The position numbers and the translations under genes were made by a program. Positions 43,962 through 52,684 of a stretch of DNA of 64,000 bases are shown one piece after another. How positions within the stretch are numbered: the stretch's first letter is position 1; each line of letters opens with the position of its first letter. The DNA is taken from NCBI RefSeq assembly GCF_003987855.1, contig NZ_RXIZ01000003.1, forward strand, positions 18,233-82,232, given 5' to 3'. The stretch is from Hyphomicrobium sp. GTDB taxonomy: Bacteria > Pseudomonadota > Alphaproteobacteria > Rhizobiales > Hyphomicrobiaceae. The notes under the pieces were generated by a model, which saw only the letters and a list, made by a program, of their open reading frames with translations, was not told where the DNA came from and ran no database searches.

Positions 43962-44040
43962 GAAAAGACGTTAGCGCTGTGCATCTCGCTGTTGCCGTGT
44001 ACCCGAACGGATCCAGCAGAAACCGCGAGAGAAAGAAATA

Positions 44041-44424
44041 ATGACAGCAAGTCACGTCGTCACAAGATCTGCCGCGCTAGCCAAGCGCGGGTTGAAGCAG
44101 ACCTGCGAAAATCTTGAATGCGCTAATAGGTTCTACGATCTGAAGCGGGAACCCTCTGCATGCCCTTATTGTGGCACGCCGTCCAATGCTACCCCCGCGA
44201 TTGTGCTGAACTTCGATACGCTCGGTAAGATCCGTCCAAATAAACGCAATCGGTGGGCGGAGCCCAAGAAGCCAGCCATCGAAGTCTCAAAAGTCGAAGA
44301 CGAGGTTGTCGACGAGCAAGTCGATAATGAAGCGGAAATTCCGTCAGCCGCCGAGGAACTGTTAATCGAGACCGAGGATGACGATGCGGACGAGCTCGTA
44401 GAGGATACGAGCGAATTGACTTAG
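44041..44424 (+). CDS. TIGR02300 (FYDLN_acid) family protein: Zn-ribbon plus acidic tail
   Basis: The N-terminal ribbon is CENLECANRFYDLKREPSACPYCG. The C-terminal tail is rich in D/E (EDEVVDEQVDNEAE...TEDDDADELVEDTSE). Confidence 0.8.
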   Translation: MTASHVVTRSAALAKRGLKQTCENLECANRFYDLKREPSACPYCGTPSNATPAIVLNFDTLGKIRPNKRNRWAEPKKPAIEVSKVEDEVVDEQVDNEAEIPSAAEELLIETEDDDADELVEDTSELT

Positions 44425-44448
44425 CTCTAGGAAAGTTTGGAGCCCGAA

Positions 44449-44724
44449 ATGTCACAAACTGACGAGTTCTTGGCGGCTTTTGCTCGTCTGCCCCAAGAAG
44501 AGCGAGAACGCAGTATCCGTCTCATCAATGCTTACAATGACGCTGTTGTCGAATCTCGTTCGAGCCATGCGGCAGCAAACGAGCCGTTCCAGTTATTCAG
44601 CTCGGCAGAAGTGGAACGCCTCGTTAAAGACTTTCGTGCCGATAGGTTGTCCCGAATAGGTCCCGCGATGGGACGCTATTTGTCCCTTTTGGACCGCGGA
44701 TACAGGTGGCCGAGCTTCGTGTAG
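44449..44724 (+). CDS. small hypothetical protein (91 aa)
   Basis: The ATG at 44449 has a GGAG 6 nt upstream; the track ORF begins at a TTG at 44437. I recognise no family. Confidence 0.5.
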   Translation: MSQTDEFLAAFARLPQEERERSIRLINAYNDAVVESRSSHAAANEPFQLFSSAEVERLVKDFRADRLSRIGPAMGRYLSLLDRGYRWPSFV

Positions 44725-44770
44725 CAGCGGCCAAGTCGATCTACAAAAATTTGAAACTCAGGAGAACGCG

Positions 44771-44908
44771 ATGCCCAAAGGCAATCAAAGAACCAACCGC
44801 GAGATACGGAAGCCGAAAGCTCCAAAATCGAAACCTGGTCAACTCGCGGCGAGTTTCACAAAAGCCCCACTGGGTTCCACGATGACCAGCGGAACCAAGA
44901 AGAAGTGA
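44771..44908 (+). CDS. small basic Lys-rich protein (45 aa), below the ORF-track size cut-off
   Basis: I read it directly from the sequence: CAGGAGAACGCG-ATG, translating to MPKGNQRTNREIRKPKAPKSKPGQLAASFTKAPLGSTMTSGTKKK followed by TGA. It has a strong SD. Similar MPKG...REIRKPK peptides are annotated in other Rhizobiales, but that is from memory and has not been checked. Confidence 0.55.
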   Translation: MPKGNQRTNREIRKPKAPKSKPGQLAASFTKAPLGSTMTSGTKKK

Positions 44909-44922
44909 TAGCGCCGTCGGCA

Positions 44923-46071
44923 TCACGTTCGGAGCATGATTAGCGGCAGGGTGATGTGAGCGACCATACCGTCCGGATTCCAGTCTTTTTCGATCGTCCC
45001 GCCCAGCCCCTGGATAGAACCGAGAATTAGACGTGTGCCATAGCCGATATCTCTCGGAGCGACCACGTGCGCCGCTCCTATTTCTCGCCACGTCAGAACT
45101 AAGGATTCGTCAAGCTTGGTCCACGAAACCTGGACTTCGCCGTCCCCCCTGCTGTAAGCGCCGTACTTAGCCGAGTTCGTCGCCAATTCGTGGAAAGCTA
45201 ATGCGAGTGAGTTGATAGCCCGTTCACCGAGAGCGATATCAGGGCCGTTCAACACGGGCGGCTTATATGGCTTGAGTGTTGCCTCGATTACGTCATTCAA
45301 GGAGACAACATCAAACGATATTTTATCGTTCTCGACGAGCTTGATGAGGGCATGGGCATCGGCGAGTGCCCTGAGCCGTGCGGATAGGCTCTGCCTCATC
45401 TCCTCCTTGGTGCTGCTGTGACGGGCGGCCATTTCTACCAACGCACTGGTTACAGCAAACAAATTTTTGACTCGGTGGCTCATCTCCAGAGCGAGAGTTT
45501 CGCGCTGTTCTACAGCCGATCTTAGCTCTTTCTCCGATTGGATCATCTTCAAAGCTACGCCAGTAAATACGGCGAGTTCCATCATAACGCGAGCGTCGCC
45601 CGAGTGAAAATGTTGCCCCTCCTCGGCAACCACCCACAGAGTGCCGAGAGGTGGGCTTCCCTTGATTTGGAGAGGAACCAGAAGGACCTCGGGAATGGTA
45701 ATACCCGCCTCGGCGATCCACTGGTACGCACGCTCAGGACGTTCCATCAAAACCGGCTTCATCGAGTCGATACAAACTCCGCACGGGCTGAAGCCGCGAG
45801 GGGTCCGTGTATCTTCGAGGTCCGATAGACGGCCGGAAAGGTCCAGCCAGCGGAACTCCTGGCCCTCGAGCACGCTGATGCCCGCTGAGTCCGCTGCGCA
45901 TAGTTCCATCGCGAGTTTCACAAGCCTCGGCAGAACTTCGGCAGGATACTCCGCCATTTGATGGGCAAGATCCTGCAGAGCCACTTTCTCGAGGAGGTAA
46001 TTGGGAATTGGAGGAGGGCGCAGATCCAGCACGTCGGTGATCAGAACGCTGCTTATGTCAGGATGGCTCAA
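44923..46071 (-). CDS. GAF-domain sensor histidine kinase, HWE/HisKA_2 type
   Basis: The phospho-acceptor H-box is EMSHRVKNLFAVTSALVEMA. The ATPase N-box is HELATNSAKYGA. A GAF-like N-terminal domain is present, and there is no TM segment. Confidence 0.85.
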   Translation of the reverse strand: MSHPDISSVLITDVLDLRPPPIPNYLLEKVALQDLAHQMAEYPAEVLPRLVKLAMELCAADSAGISVLEGQEFRWLDLSGRLSDLEDTRTPRGFSPCGVCIDSMKPVLMERPERAYQWIAEAGITIPEVLLVPLQIKGSPPLGTLWVVAEEGQHFHSGDARVMMELAVFTGVALKMIQSEKELRSAVEQRETLALEMSHRVKNLFAVTSALVEMAARHSSTKEEMRQSLSARLRALADAHALIKLVENDKISFDVVSLNDVIEATLKPYKPPVLNGPDIALGERAINSLALAFHELATNSAKYGAYSRGDGEVQVSWTKLDESLVLTWREIGAAHVVAPRDIGYGTRLILGSIQGLGGTIEKDWNPDGMVAHITLPLIMLRT

Positions 46072-46315
46072 GCGCGAACGGACCTTCCTCTTTTTCTTGC
46101 TTGTTCCCTATAGGCAATCTTTGCACGCGTGACAACGCGCGCCTGCGGGAGGGGCATCGATGCGAAATTTCCGTTGGCCCACGCGCATGGCATTTTGTGG
46201 GGTGCCTTGATGATCGCATTCCAGGGAACGCCAGGTGGGGCGCTGTCACCCAAAGGAATAGCGGTGATGCGTTACCAAATAATGCGCGTTCCACCGGCTA
46301 TTGAAGCCGCGCACG

Positions 46316-46690
46316 TCACGCCAATTGAGCCATAATACTGTTGAGCAGCTTCGGCCACTTGTCCCAGTCGTATGGCTTCGAAAACAAAGCAACGTTGTCA
46401 GGCAGCTCGTCAAAGCCGACCATGTTTCCAGACGCGATTATGATAACCGTGGGCGGCCAACGCTTGCGCACGTAATGGGCAAGAGCGAGCCCATCCATCT
46501 TCCCCGGCATTTGAATGTCTGTGAAAACCGCACGAATATCATCATTTCCTTCCAGGATCTGCGTGGCTTCCGCTGCAGATCCTGCTTCCACGACTTCGAA
46601 ACCCGCCTCTTCAAGTCGAAACATTAAATCCCAACGAATCAAGGATTCGTCTTCGACCACTAATATCCGAGCCTTGCTTTTCGATGACAT
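46316..46690 (-). CDS. single-domain response regulator (receiver only)
   Basis: Motifs include ARILVVEDESLIR, DIQMPGKMDG and IIIASG. The protein is 124 aa with no output domain. Confidence 0.88.
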   Translation of the reverse strand: MSSKSKARILVVEDESLIRWDLMFRLEEAGFEVVEAGSAAEATQILEGNDDIRAVFTDIQMPGKMDGLALAHYVRKRWPPTVIIIASGNMVGFDELPDNVALFSKPYDWDKWPKLLNSIMAQLA

Positions 46691-46873
46691 TGCGAGCCTC
46701 GGTATAAGTTGTGCTTGGGGAACTCAACCGCACCTCTTTAGGTTCATATCTATTTTGCTCGAGCGAAACTTCACAGAAAGCGGGCCTCGCTTACCGATGC
46801 AGTTAGTGAGCGATGCCCATGGTGGGTCGCGACCCGCGCATGCTCTATGCAAGTTTGATTGCAGTCGCGGGAC

Positions 46874-47116
46874 CTACTCGACTTCGGCAGAGAAGATAGT
46901 CGATGATTGCTCGACCAGGATGTATCTATGCGCCGTGATTGCTTTTATATATTCGGCTCGCACATTGTTGAGTTCACCGCTCTTCAGGTGCTGCCACGGA
47001 CCTCTGTTGCGCACATGTTCAGGAAGGCTTTCGAATGTACCTTCCTCGAAAATGAGATGAAGCTTCTGATCTTTCATGGAGCGGCGGATTGAATATCGCA
47101 TCGCTTTGCATAGCAC
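46874..47116 (-). CDS. small hypothetical protein (possible YcgL/DUF709-like)
   Basis: The segment SIRRSMKDQKLHLIFEEGTFESLPEHV...AHRYILVEQ loosely resembles the YcgL pattern. An alternative start lies at 47101. Support is weak. Confidence 0.4.
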   Translation of the reverse strand: MLCKAMRYSIRRSMKDQKLHLIFEEGTFESLPEHVRNRGPWQHLKSGELNNVRAEYIKAITAHRYILVEQSSTIFSAEVE

Positions 47117-47758
47117 GTTGGCGGGCTGTCTGATATCACCAAAGCAGTTCGCGCAACGGCTGCCGCGACCCAGGAGACTGATCGCGTGCTGCGATAAGAA
47201 ATGGTGTTAGCCACGGTCCAAGCGTCCGTATGAATTTCCTTCTTGTTCGAAATTTCCCTCGTGGCCCTGGCCGAAGAAATCGACCCATCCGCTTATAGGT
47301 GACGAGCGGAAGTACACGCGAATTTCGTGCTCCGCGACGGTCCACTGATGCCCGCCTCCCGCTTGCAGATTTTTCCGGGATGAGCACTGGAGAGCAAAGG
47401 TCTTCAGTGCGGCCGTGCCGCGGTTAGGAAGCGCCGCACGTCTATCTTTCGCCGGGTGGCTCTCGAAGATTGCTATTATTGCCCGCGTGCCTGTCTAAAT
47501 TGATCTGCCGACATCATAAGTAACAAAGTCAGTTCCGGCAGAGGTTTTTTTATTTTGAAACAGCTTCTTGGAGGATCCTATTCCATTCAAATCTTTGGAT
47601 GGGCCCCTGTTGACGCTCGCTATCGAGATGTTCTCTGATTGTTGAACCTGCTTGGTTGCTGCGGTCTATCCTCTCCAGCCAAGTTCTGCCTCGACGTTTA
47701 GATGGGCCGATCTCATCGGCCGAAATAATAAAAGTGACGTCAACAAGGGAGCGATGAA

Positions 47759-48400
47759 ATGCAGGAAGCGGTGAAATTCCCACGGGCAACGCGAGCTTCT
47801 GAAGCCAAAAAAGATGCGACATCCCCTGAGGGCAGAGAAGGTCAAGCTCTTAAAATTACGCTCGAGCGGCCGGAGTCGATTGAGGCGCTGAAGTCGGCAA
47901 AACCCGACACCCATATAAATGACGAGGGGAGCGTGCCATGGCCGATGGCGGCAAAGGACTTCCGCGCTGACCTACAGAATACTTTGAAGACCGATGTGGA
48001 AGACAGGGACACGGCCGACGCGAAGCCAATCCAAAATCCGCTTCCTGAAGAGAGGTCCGAGGTATCGACCGCACAGCCTACGCCTGTCTACGAACCCTTC
48101 GATACCACCTATTTTGCTCGAACATTTATCATGATCGTCGCAACGATTGGATCAATCCTAGTAGCGGCATATTGCTATGCTTCGTTGCGAGATCTCCGCG
48201 GACAGCTCGCGACCGAGTCAGGCGCCAAGGCGTCTGCAGAAATGGCTCTAGCTGAATCGAAGTCGCGTTTAGCAGCTACTGAGAAGCAGCTCTCCGAGTC
48301 CCAGTCACGTCTAGCCGAGGCGGAGAAGGTTCTTGCGAGTGTTCGAGACGCCCTGGCAACTGTGAAGCCTCCGACGACACCAAGCGCAACGACAAAATAG
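47759..48400 (+). CDS. hypothetical bitopic membrane protein with C-terminal coiled coil
   Basis: A GGGAG SD lies upstream. One TM (FIMIVATIGSILVAAYCYA) is followed by heptad-like AEMALAESKSRLAATEKQLSESQSRLAEAEKVL. Confidence 0.55.
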   Translation: MQEAVKFPRATRASEAKKDATSPEGREGQALKITLERPESIEALKSAKPDTHINDEGSVPWPMAAKDFRADLQNTLKTDVEDRDTADAKPIQNPLPEERSEVSTAQPTPVYEPFDTTYFARTFIMIVATIGSILVAAYCYASLRDLRGQLATESGAKASAEMALAESKSRLAATEKQLSESQSRLAEAEKVLASVRDALATVKPPTTPSATTK

Positions 48401-48427
48401 CGCGTTTAACGAGTGAGCTATTAAAGA

Positions 48428-48457
48428 GTGCGGCGGAAGCCTCGGATTTCGCCGCAC
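48428..48457 (+). terminator. hairpin after 47759..48400
   Basis: A perfect 8-bp stem GTGCGGCG / CGCCGCAC with a 14-nt loop lies about 28 nt after the stop. There is no T-tract. Confidence 0.35.
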
Positions 48458-48807
48458 CAATAGGCAGTGTTAGCGAGGCAAGTGGTAACGAAAGGCATCT
48501 GGATCTAGCGGCGGCGATGGTCCTCCTTATGCTGAATAATTGATTTTCATCAGATTACCTTTGCAAAGCAGCAACGATTCCGCTTGCTCACGGGACGTGC
48601 GCAGCGCATCGTCATTATCAGCAAGACGGGTCGGGCACTGACGTAATCCAGCGATGAACTGGGATGTGCAGTGCTGTTTGCATTCATTTACACTTCCATT
48701 CTTTCGAACGCCGCAGAGCGTGTCGAATTTCCTTCCATCACCGAAACGATTACGAGCCCGTGGCTTTGCATGGCCGCGGAGCATGGTGAACAAGTCATGG
48801 AGTATGC

Positions 48808-51309
48808 GTGATGAAAAAGCTCGCCGGCGTGTCACTGGCGTTTGCAGGTGCAGCACTCTTGACCTGCTCGGCTGATGCTCAGGAAGTAATCGGGACGCTA
48901 GGATCGCCGGGGGCGAGGACCACGATTGATGGAAAGCAACTTCCGCCTCCCGACCCGAAATTCGGCGGCGTGATCAAGGACGGCGCCCTGCAATCGACAC
49001 CGTGGTGGGCGCCACGCATCGTGCCGCCAAAGGGCGCGCCAAATGTCTTGCTCATCATTACCGACGACGCAGGATTTGGGGTGCCAAGCACTTTTGGGGG
49101 CGTTATCCCGACGCCGACCATGGACCGCATCGCGCAAGAGGGGTTGCGCTACAATCGGGTCTTTTCGACCGCACTATGCTCCCCGACTCGGGCAGCACTC
49201 ATCACCGGGCGTAATCATCACTCAGTCGGCTTCGGCGTAATCTCGGAGCAGTCCACAGGCTTCCCCGGCTACAATAGTATCATTGGCAAGGACAAGGCCA
49301 CGATCGGGCGCATTTTGCGCGATAACGGCTACTCCACTGCATGGTTCGGCAAGGATCACAACACGCCCGCATTCGCGGCGAGCCAGGTTGGACCGTTTGA
49401 TCAGTGGCCGACCGGCATGGGCTTCGAATATTTTTACGGGTTCGTTGGTGGCGACGCCAACCAGTGGCAGCCAAATCTCTTCCGCAACACGACGCAGATC
49501 TATCCGTTCGAAGGCAAGCCCGGCTGGAACCTCGTCACCGGTATGGCCGACGATGCTATCGACTACATGACCCGAATACACCAGACGGATCCATCCAAGC
49601 CAATCTTCATCAAGTACGCACCTGGTGCAACGCACGCGCCCCATCACCCGACCCAGGAGTGGGTGGACAAGATCCACGCGATGCACATGTTCGACGACGG
49701 TTACGAGAAGTTGCGCGAACGCATCTTTGAAAATCAGAAACGGCTCGGGGTGATCCCCAAAGATACCAAGCTGACGCCTTGGCCGAATGATATCCTGAAA
49801 CCATGGGATCAGCTGACGGACATCGAGAAGAAGCTTTTCATCCGTCAGGTCGAGGTCTTCGCTGCCTATGCGGCGTATAGCGACCATGAGATAGGCCGCG
49901 TGATCCAAGCGCTGGAGGATCTGGGCAAGAAAGATAATACGCTGATTATTTATATAAACGGCGACAACGGCACTAGCGCGGAGGGCGGACCGCTGGGTAC
50001 GCCGAATGAGGTCGCGTTCTTCAATGGCCTCAACAAAATTCCTGCTGAAGAGCAGATGAAGTTCTACGACGTCTGGGGTACTGAGCAGACCTATAATCAC
50101 ATGTGCGCGGGCTGGTCGTGGGCCTTCGACACACCGTTCGATTGGTTTAAGCAGAACGCGTCGAGGCTAGGTGGCATCAACCAGAACATGGTCGTATCAT
50201 GGCCAGCCCGCATCACCGACAAGGGAGCATTGCGCGAGCAGTTCATCCACGTCATCGACGTCGTGCCAACTATTCTCGAGGCCACCGGCATCCCCGCGCC
50301 CGAGGTCGTCGACGGCATCAAACAATCACCGATCGAAGGCACAAGCTTTGCTTACACGTTTGATCGGGATAACGCCAAAGCGCCCGCTCGTCATAAACTG
50401 CAGTACTTTGAGATGATGGGCCAGTGGGCGCTTTACGACGACGGCTGGCTGTTGAGCACTAAAGTGAACCGCGCGCCGTGGGAGGCCTTCGGACCGGCGA
50501 ACCCCGATCCGCTGAACAACCAAGTATTCCAACTCTATGACCTGCATAACGACTTCAGCCAAGCCGAGGACGTCGCTGCCGCCCATCCTGATAAGGTTTC
50601 ACAGATGCGTCAGGAGTTCGTCTCGGAAGCAAAGAAATATGAAGTCTTCCCGATGGACGCCTCGGTTGCAGCACGCATTGTCGCGCCGCGTCCTAACATT
50701 ACAGCGGGGCGTACCGAATTCATCTACACGCGGCCGATGACCGGGTTGCCGCAGGGCGATTCACCCGTTCTGCTCAATACCTCGTACACGATATCTGCCG
50801 ACATCGATGTTCCAGAAGGCGGTGCCGAAGGCATGATTTTAACTTCGGGTGGGCGCTTCGGCGGCTATGGCTTTTATCTCCTCAAGGGCAAGCCGGTTTT
50901 TCTTTGGAATATGGTCGATTTGGAGCGGATAAAATGGCAAGGCCCAGATACCCTTTCTCCTGGCAGACACAAGATAGAGTTTGACTTCAAGTACGATGGG
51001 CTTGGTGCAGGCACGCTGGCCTTCAACAACTTCAGTGGCGTCGGCCGCCCCGGCACCGGCACATTGAAAGTCGATGGCAACCCTGTCGATTCCAAAACTA
51101 TGCCGAAAACGTTGCCCATGATCCTGCAGTGGGACGAGAGCTTTGATATTGGCTCCGACACCCTGACCGGCGTGAATGATGCCGATTACACTCCGCCATT
51201 CCCACTATCAGCCAAACTAAACAAGCTGACCATCAATGTGGATCGCCCACAATTGTCGGCTGAAGATATCAAGAAGCTCGACGCTGGAATGAAAGCTTCG
51301 GCGGATTGA
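48808..51309 (+). CDS. arylsulfatase (type I, formylglycine-dependent), long form
   Basis: It has a signal peptide, the metal-site motif LLIITDDAGFG, and the FGly motif LCSPTRAALITGRNHH (CxPxR). A C-terminal region follows the sulfatase core. Confidence 0.9.
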   Translation: MMKKLAGVSLAFAGAALLTCSADAQEVIGTLGSPGARTTIDGKQLPPPDPKFGGVIKDGALQSTPWWAPRIVPPKGAPNVLLIITDDAGFGVPSTFGGVIPTPTMDRIAQEGLRYNRVFSTALCSPTRAALITGRNHHSVGFGVISEQSTGFPGYNSIIGKDKATIGRILRDNGYSTAWFGKDHNTPAFAASQVGPFDQWPTGMGFEYFYGFVGGDANQWQPNLFRNTTQIYPFEGKPGWNLVTGMADDAIDYMTRIHQTDPSKPIFIKYAPGATHAPHHPTQEWVDKIHAMHMFDDGYEKLRERIFENQKRLGVIPKDTKLTPWPNDILKPWDQLTDIEKKLFIRQVEVFAAYAAYSDHEIGRVIQALEDLGKKDNTLIIYINGDNGTSAEGGPLGTPNEVAFFNGLNKIPAEEQMKFYDVWGTEQTYNHMCAGWSWAFDTPFDWFKQNASRLGGINQNMVVSWPARITDKGALREQFIHVIDVVPTILEATGIPAPEVVDGIKQSPIEGTSFAYTFDRDNAKAPARHKLQYFEMMGQWALYDDGWLLSTKVNRAPWEAFGPANPDPLNNQVFQLYDLHNDFSQAEDVAAAHPDKVSQMRQEFVSEAKKYEVFPMDASVAARIVAPRPNITAGRTEFIYTRPMTGLPQGDSPVLLNTSYTISADIDVPEGGAEGMILTSGGRFGGYGFYLLKGKPVFLWNMVDLERIKWQGPDTLSPGRHKIEFDFKYDGLGAGTLAFNNFSGVGRPGTGTLKVDGNPVDSKTMPKTLPMILQWDESFDIGSDTLTGVNDADYTPPFPLSAKLNKLTINVDRPQLSAEDIKKLDAGMKASAD

Positions 51310-51613
51310 TGTGCGCGGGTTTCGCTTCTGACTTTCGCCGTTAGGATTTGCTGAACGCATATACGTATTCACCAAGCCAGCGCTCCGCTCGCACCGCAAC
51401 GACGAATTCAATTGACGACGAATGGACGAGAGCGTCCTGTTCTTCGCGGATGGACGGGCCACTACGAACGTCATCGAGTCAGCTGATGCTAGCGTTCGTT
51501 TATGATTTGCAATCCGCGATAACGCGGCACGTCGTTCATGACGTCGTCCACAGCACGCCCGCGTTTCAGCCAGCGAGCTTTTGGGGACGCTCTTCTTCTT
51601 CGGAGGAGAGCGT

Positions 51614-52636
51614 ATGAGTGAATGCTCGTCCTACCCAGTGAGGAATTTGATCGATCCCAGCAGGCAAAGGGAACAAGCAGGCGAGGGGGCAGGCGAGGGG
51701 ATGGTGCTCGTGCCAGGCGGCACATTCCGAATGGGTTCGGACAAGCATTATCCCGAGGAGGCCCCATCGCATTTCGTCAGTGTGGATCCGTTTTGGATCG
51801 ACGAAGCACCAGTCACCAACGCGCAGTTCCGCCGTTTCGTTGAGGAGACTGGGCATGTCACCTTCGCCGAATTGACGCCGAAGGCGAGCGAATATCCCGG
51901 CGCCCTTCCTCACATGCTCAAGGCGGGCTCGCTTGTCTTTAAACCTCCGCCCGGCAAGGTTGATCTTAGAAATTGGGCCCAATGGTGGGAGTTTCATTTC
52001 GGCGCGAACTGGCGCCGTCCCTATGGTCGTGGCAGCTGGATAAAAGGCATTGATGACCACCCAGTTGTTCATGTGGCCTACGTCGACGCCGAGGCTTATG
52101 CCCATTGGGCTGGCAAAGAGCTGCCGACCGAAGCGGAATGGGAGTTCGCGGCTCGTGGCGCACTCGATGGCGCGGAGTTTGCCTGGGGTAATGAGCTGAC
52201 ACCGGGAGGCCGGCACATGGCCAACACCTGGCAGGGCGACTTTCCGCATCAAAACCTGGGGCTTGACGGCTACGAGCGGACCTCTCCGGTCAAGGCGTTT
52301 CCGCCGAACGGCTACGGCATCTACGACATGATCGGCAACGTCTGGGAGTGGACCAGTGATTGGTATGGGCCCAAACACACCGAGGATGTGAAGAAGGCTT
52401 GCTGCATCCCTCGCAATCCGCGCGGCCCCAGAGAAGATCAAAGCTACGATCCTTCGCAGCCGAACATCCACATCCCCCGCAAGGTATTAAAGGGCGGTTC
52501 TCACCTCTGTGCGCCGAATTACTGTCGCCGGTATCGACCGGCGGCACGCCATGCCGAGCCAATCGATACATCCACTTGCCACGTTGGATTTCGCTGCGTC
52601 GTCCGTCGACCGACGCTAACGGAAGGAGAACAGTAG
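51614..52636 (+). CDS. formylglycine-generating enzyme (FGE/SUMF1 family)
   Basis: Motifs include HFVSVDPFWIDEAPVTNAQFRRFV, GNVWEWTSDWY and KGGSHLCAPNYCRRYRPAAR. The ATG at 51614 has GGAGGAGAG upstream; the track ORF begins at 51581. Confidence 0.9.
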   Translation: MSECSSYPVRNLIDPSRQREQAGEGAGEGMVLVPGGTFRMGSDKHYPEEAPSHFVSVDPFWIDEAPVTNAQFRRFVEETGHVTFAELTPKASEYPGALPHMLKAGSLVFKPPPGKVDLRNWAQWWEFHFGANWRRPYGRGSWIKGIDDHPVVHVAYVDAEAYAHWAGKELPTEAEWEFAARGALDGAEFAWGNELTPGGRHMANTWQGDFPHQNLGLDGYERTSPVKAFPPNGYGIYDMIGNVWEWTSDWYGPKHTEDVKKACCIPRNPRGPREDQSYDPSQPNIHIPRKVLKGGSHLCAPNYCRRYRPAARHAEPIDTSTCHVGFRCVVRRPTLTEGEQ

Positions 52637-52684
52637 TTCCGGAGGCTGTCGCTTGGAATCTTTAAGAACAACAGGAGTCGAAAA

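Noticed and set aside
47136-47387. An 83-aa minus-strand ORF, with a 90-aa ORF at 47550..47822
   Set aside because: They are Arg/Pro-rich, lack an SD and lie in an AT-richer intergenic stretch. The second also overlaps the start of the better-supported plus-strand gene at 47759.
49222-50100. A 292-aa minus-strand ORF inside arylsulfatase 1, with similar cases at 51566..52471 (antisense to FGE) and 53063..53764 (antisense to arylsulfatase 2)
   Set aside because: The plus-strand products carry diagnostic sulfatase and FGE motifs. The antisense products have none.
51310-51613. Short ORFs on both strands in the 304-nt gap before the FGE gene (51217..51474 minus strand, 51348..51617 plus strand)
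   Set aside because: They have no SD or recognisable motif. I cannot exclude a decayed gene remnant, but there is no positive evidence for one.
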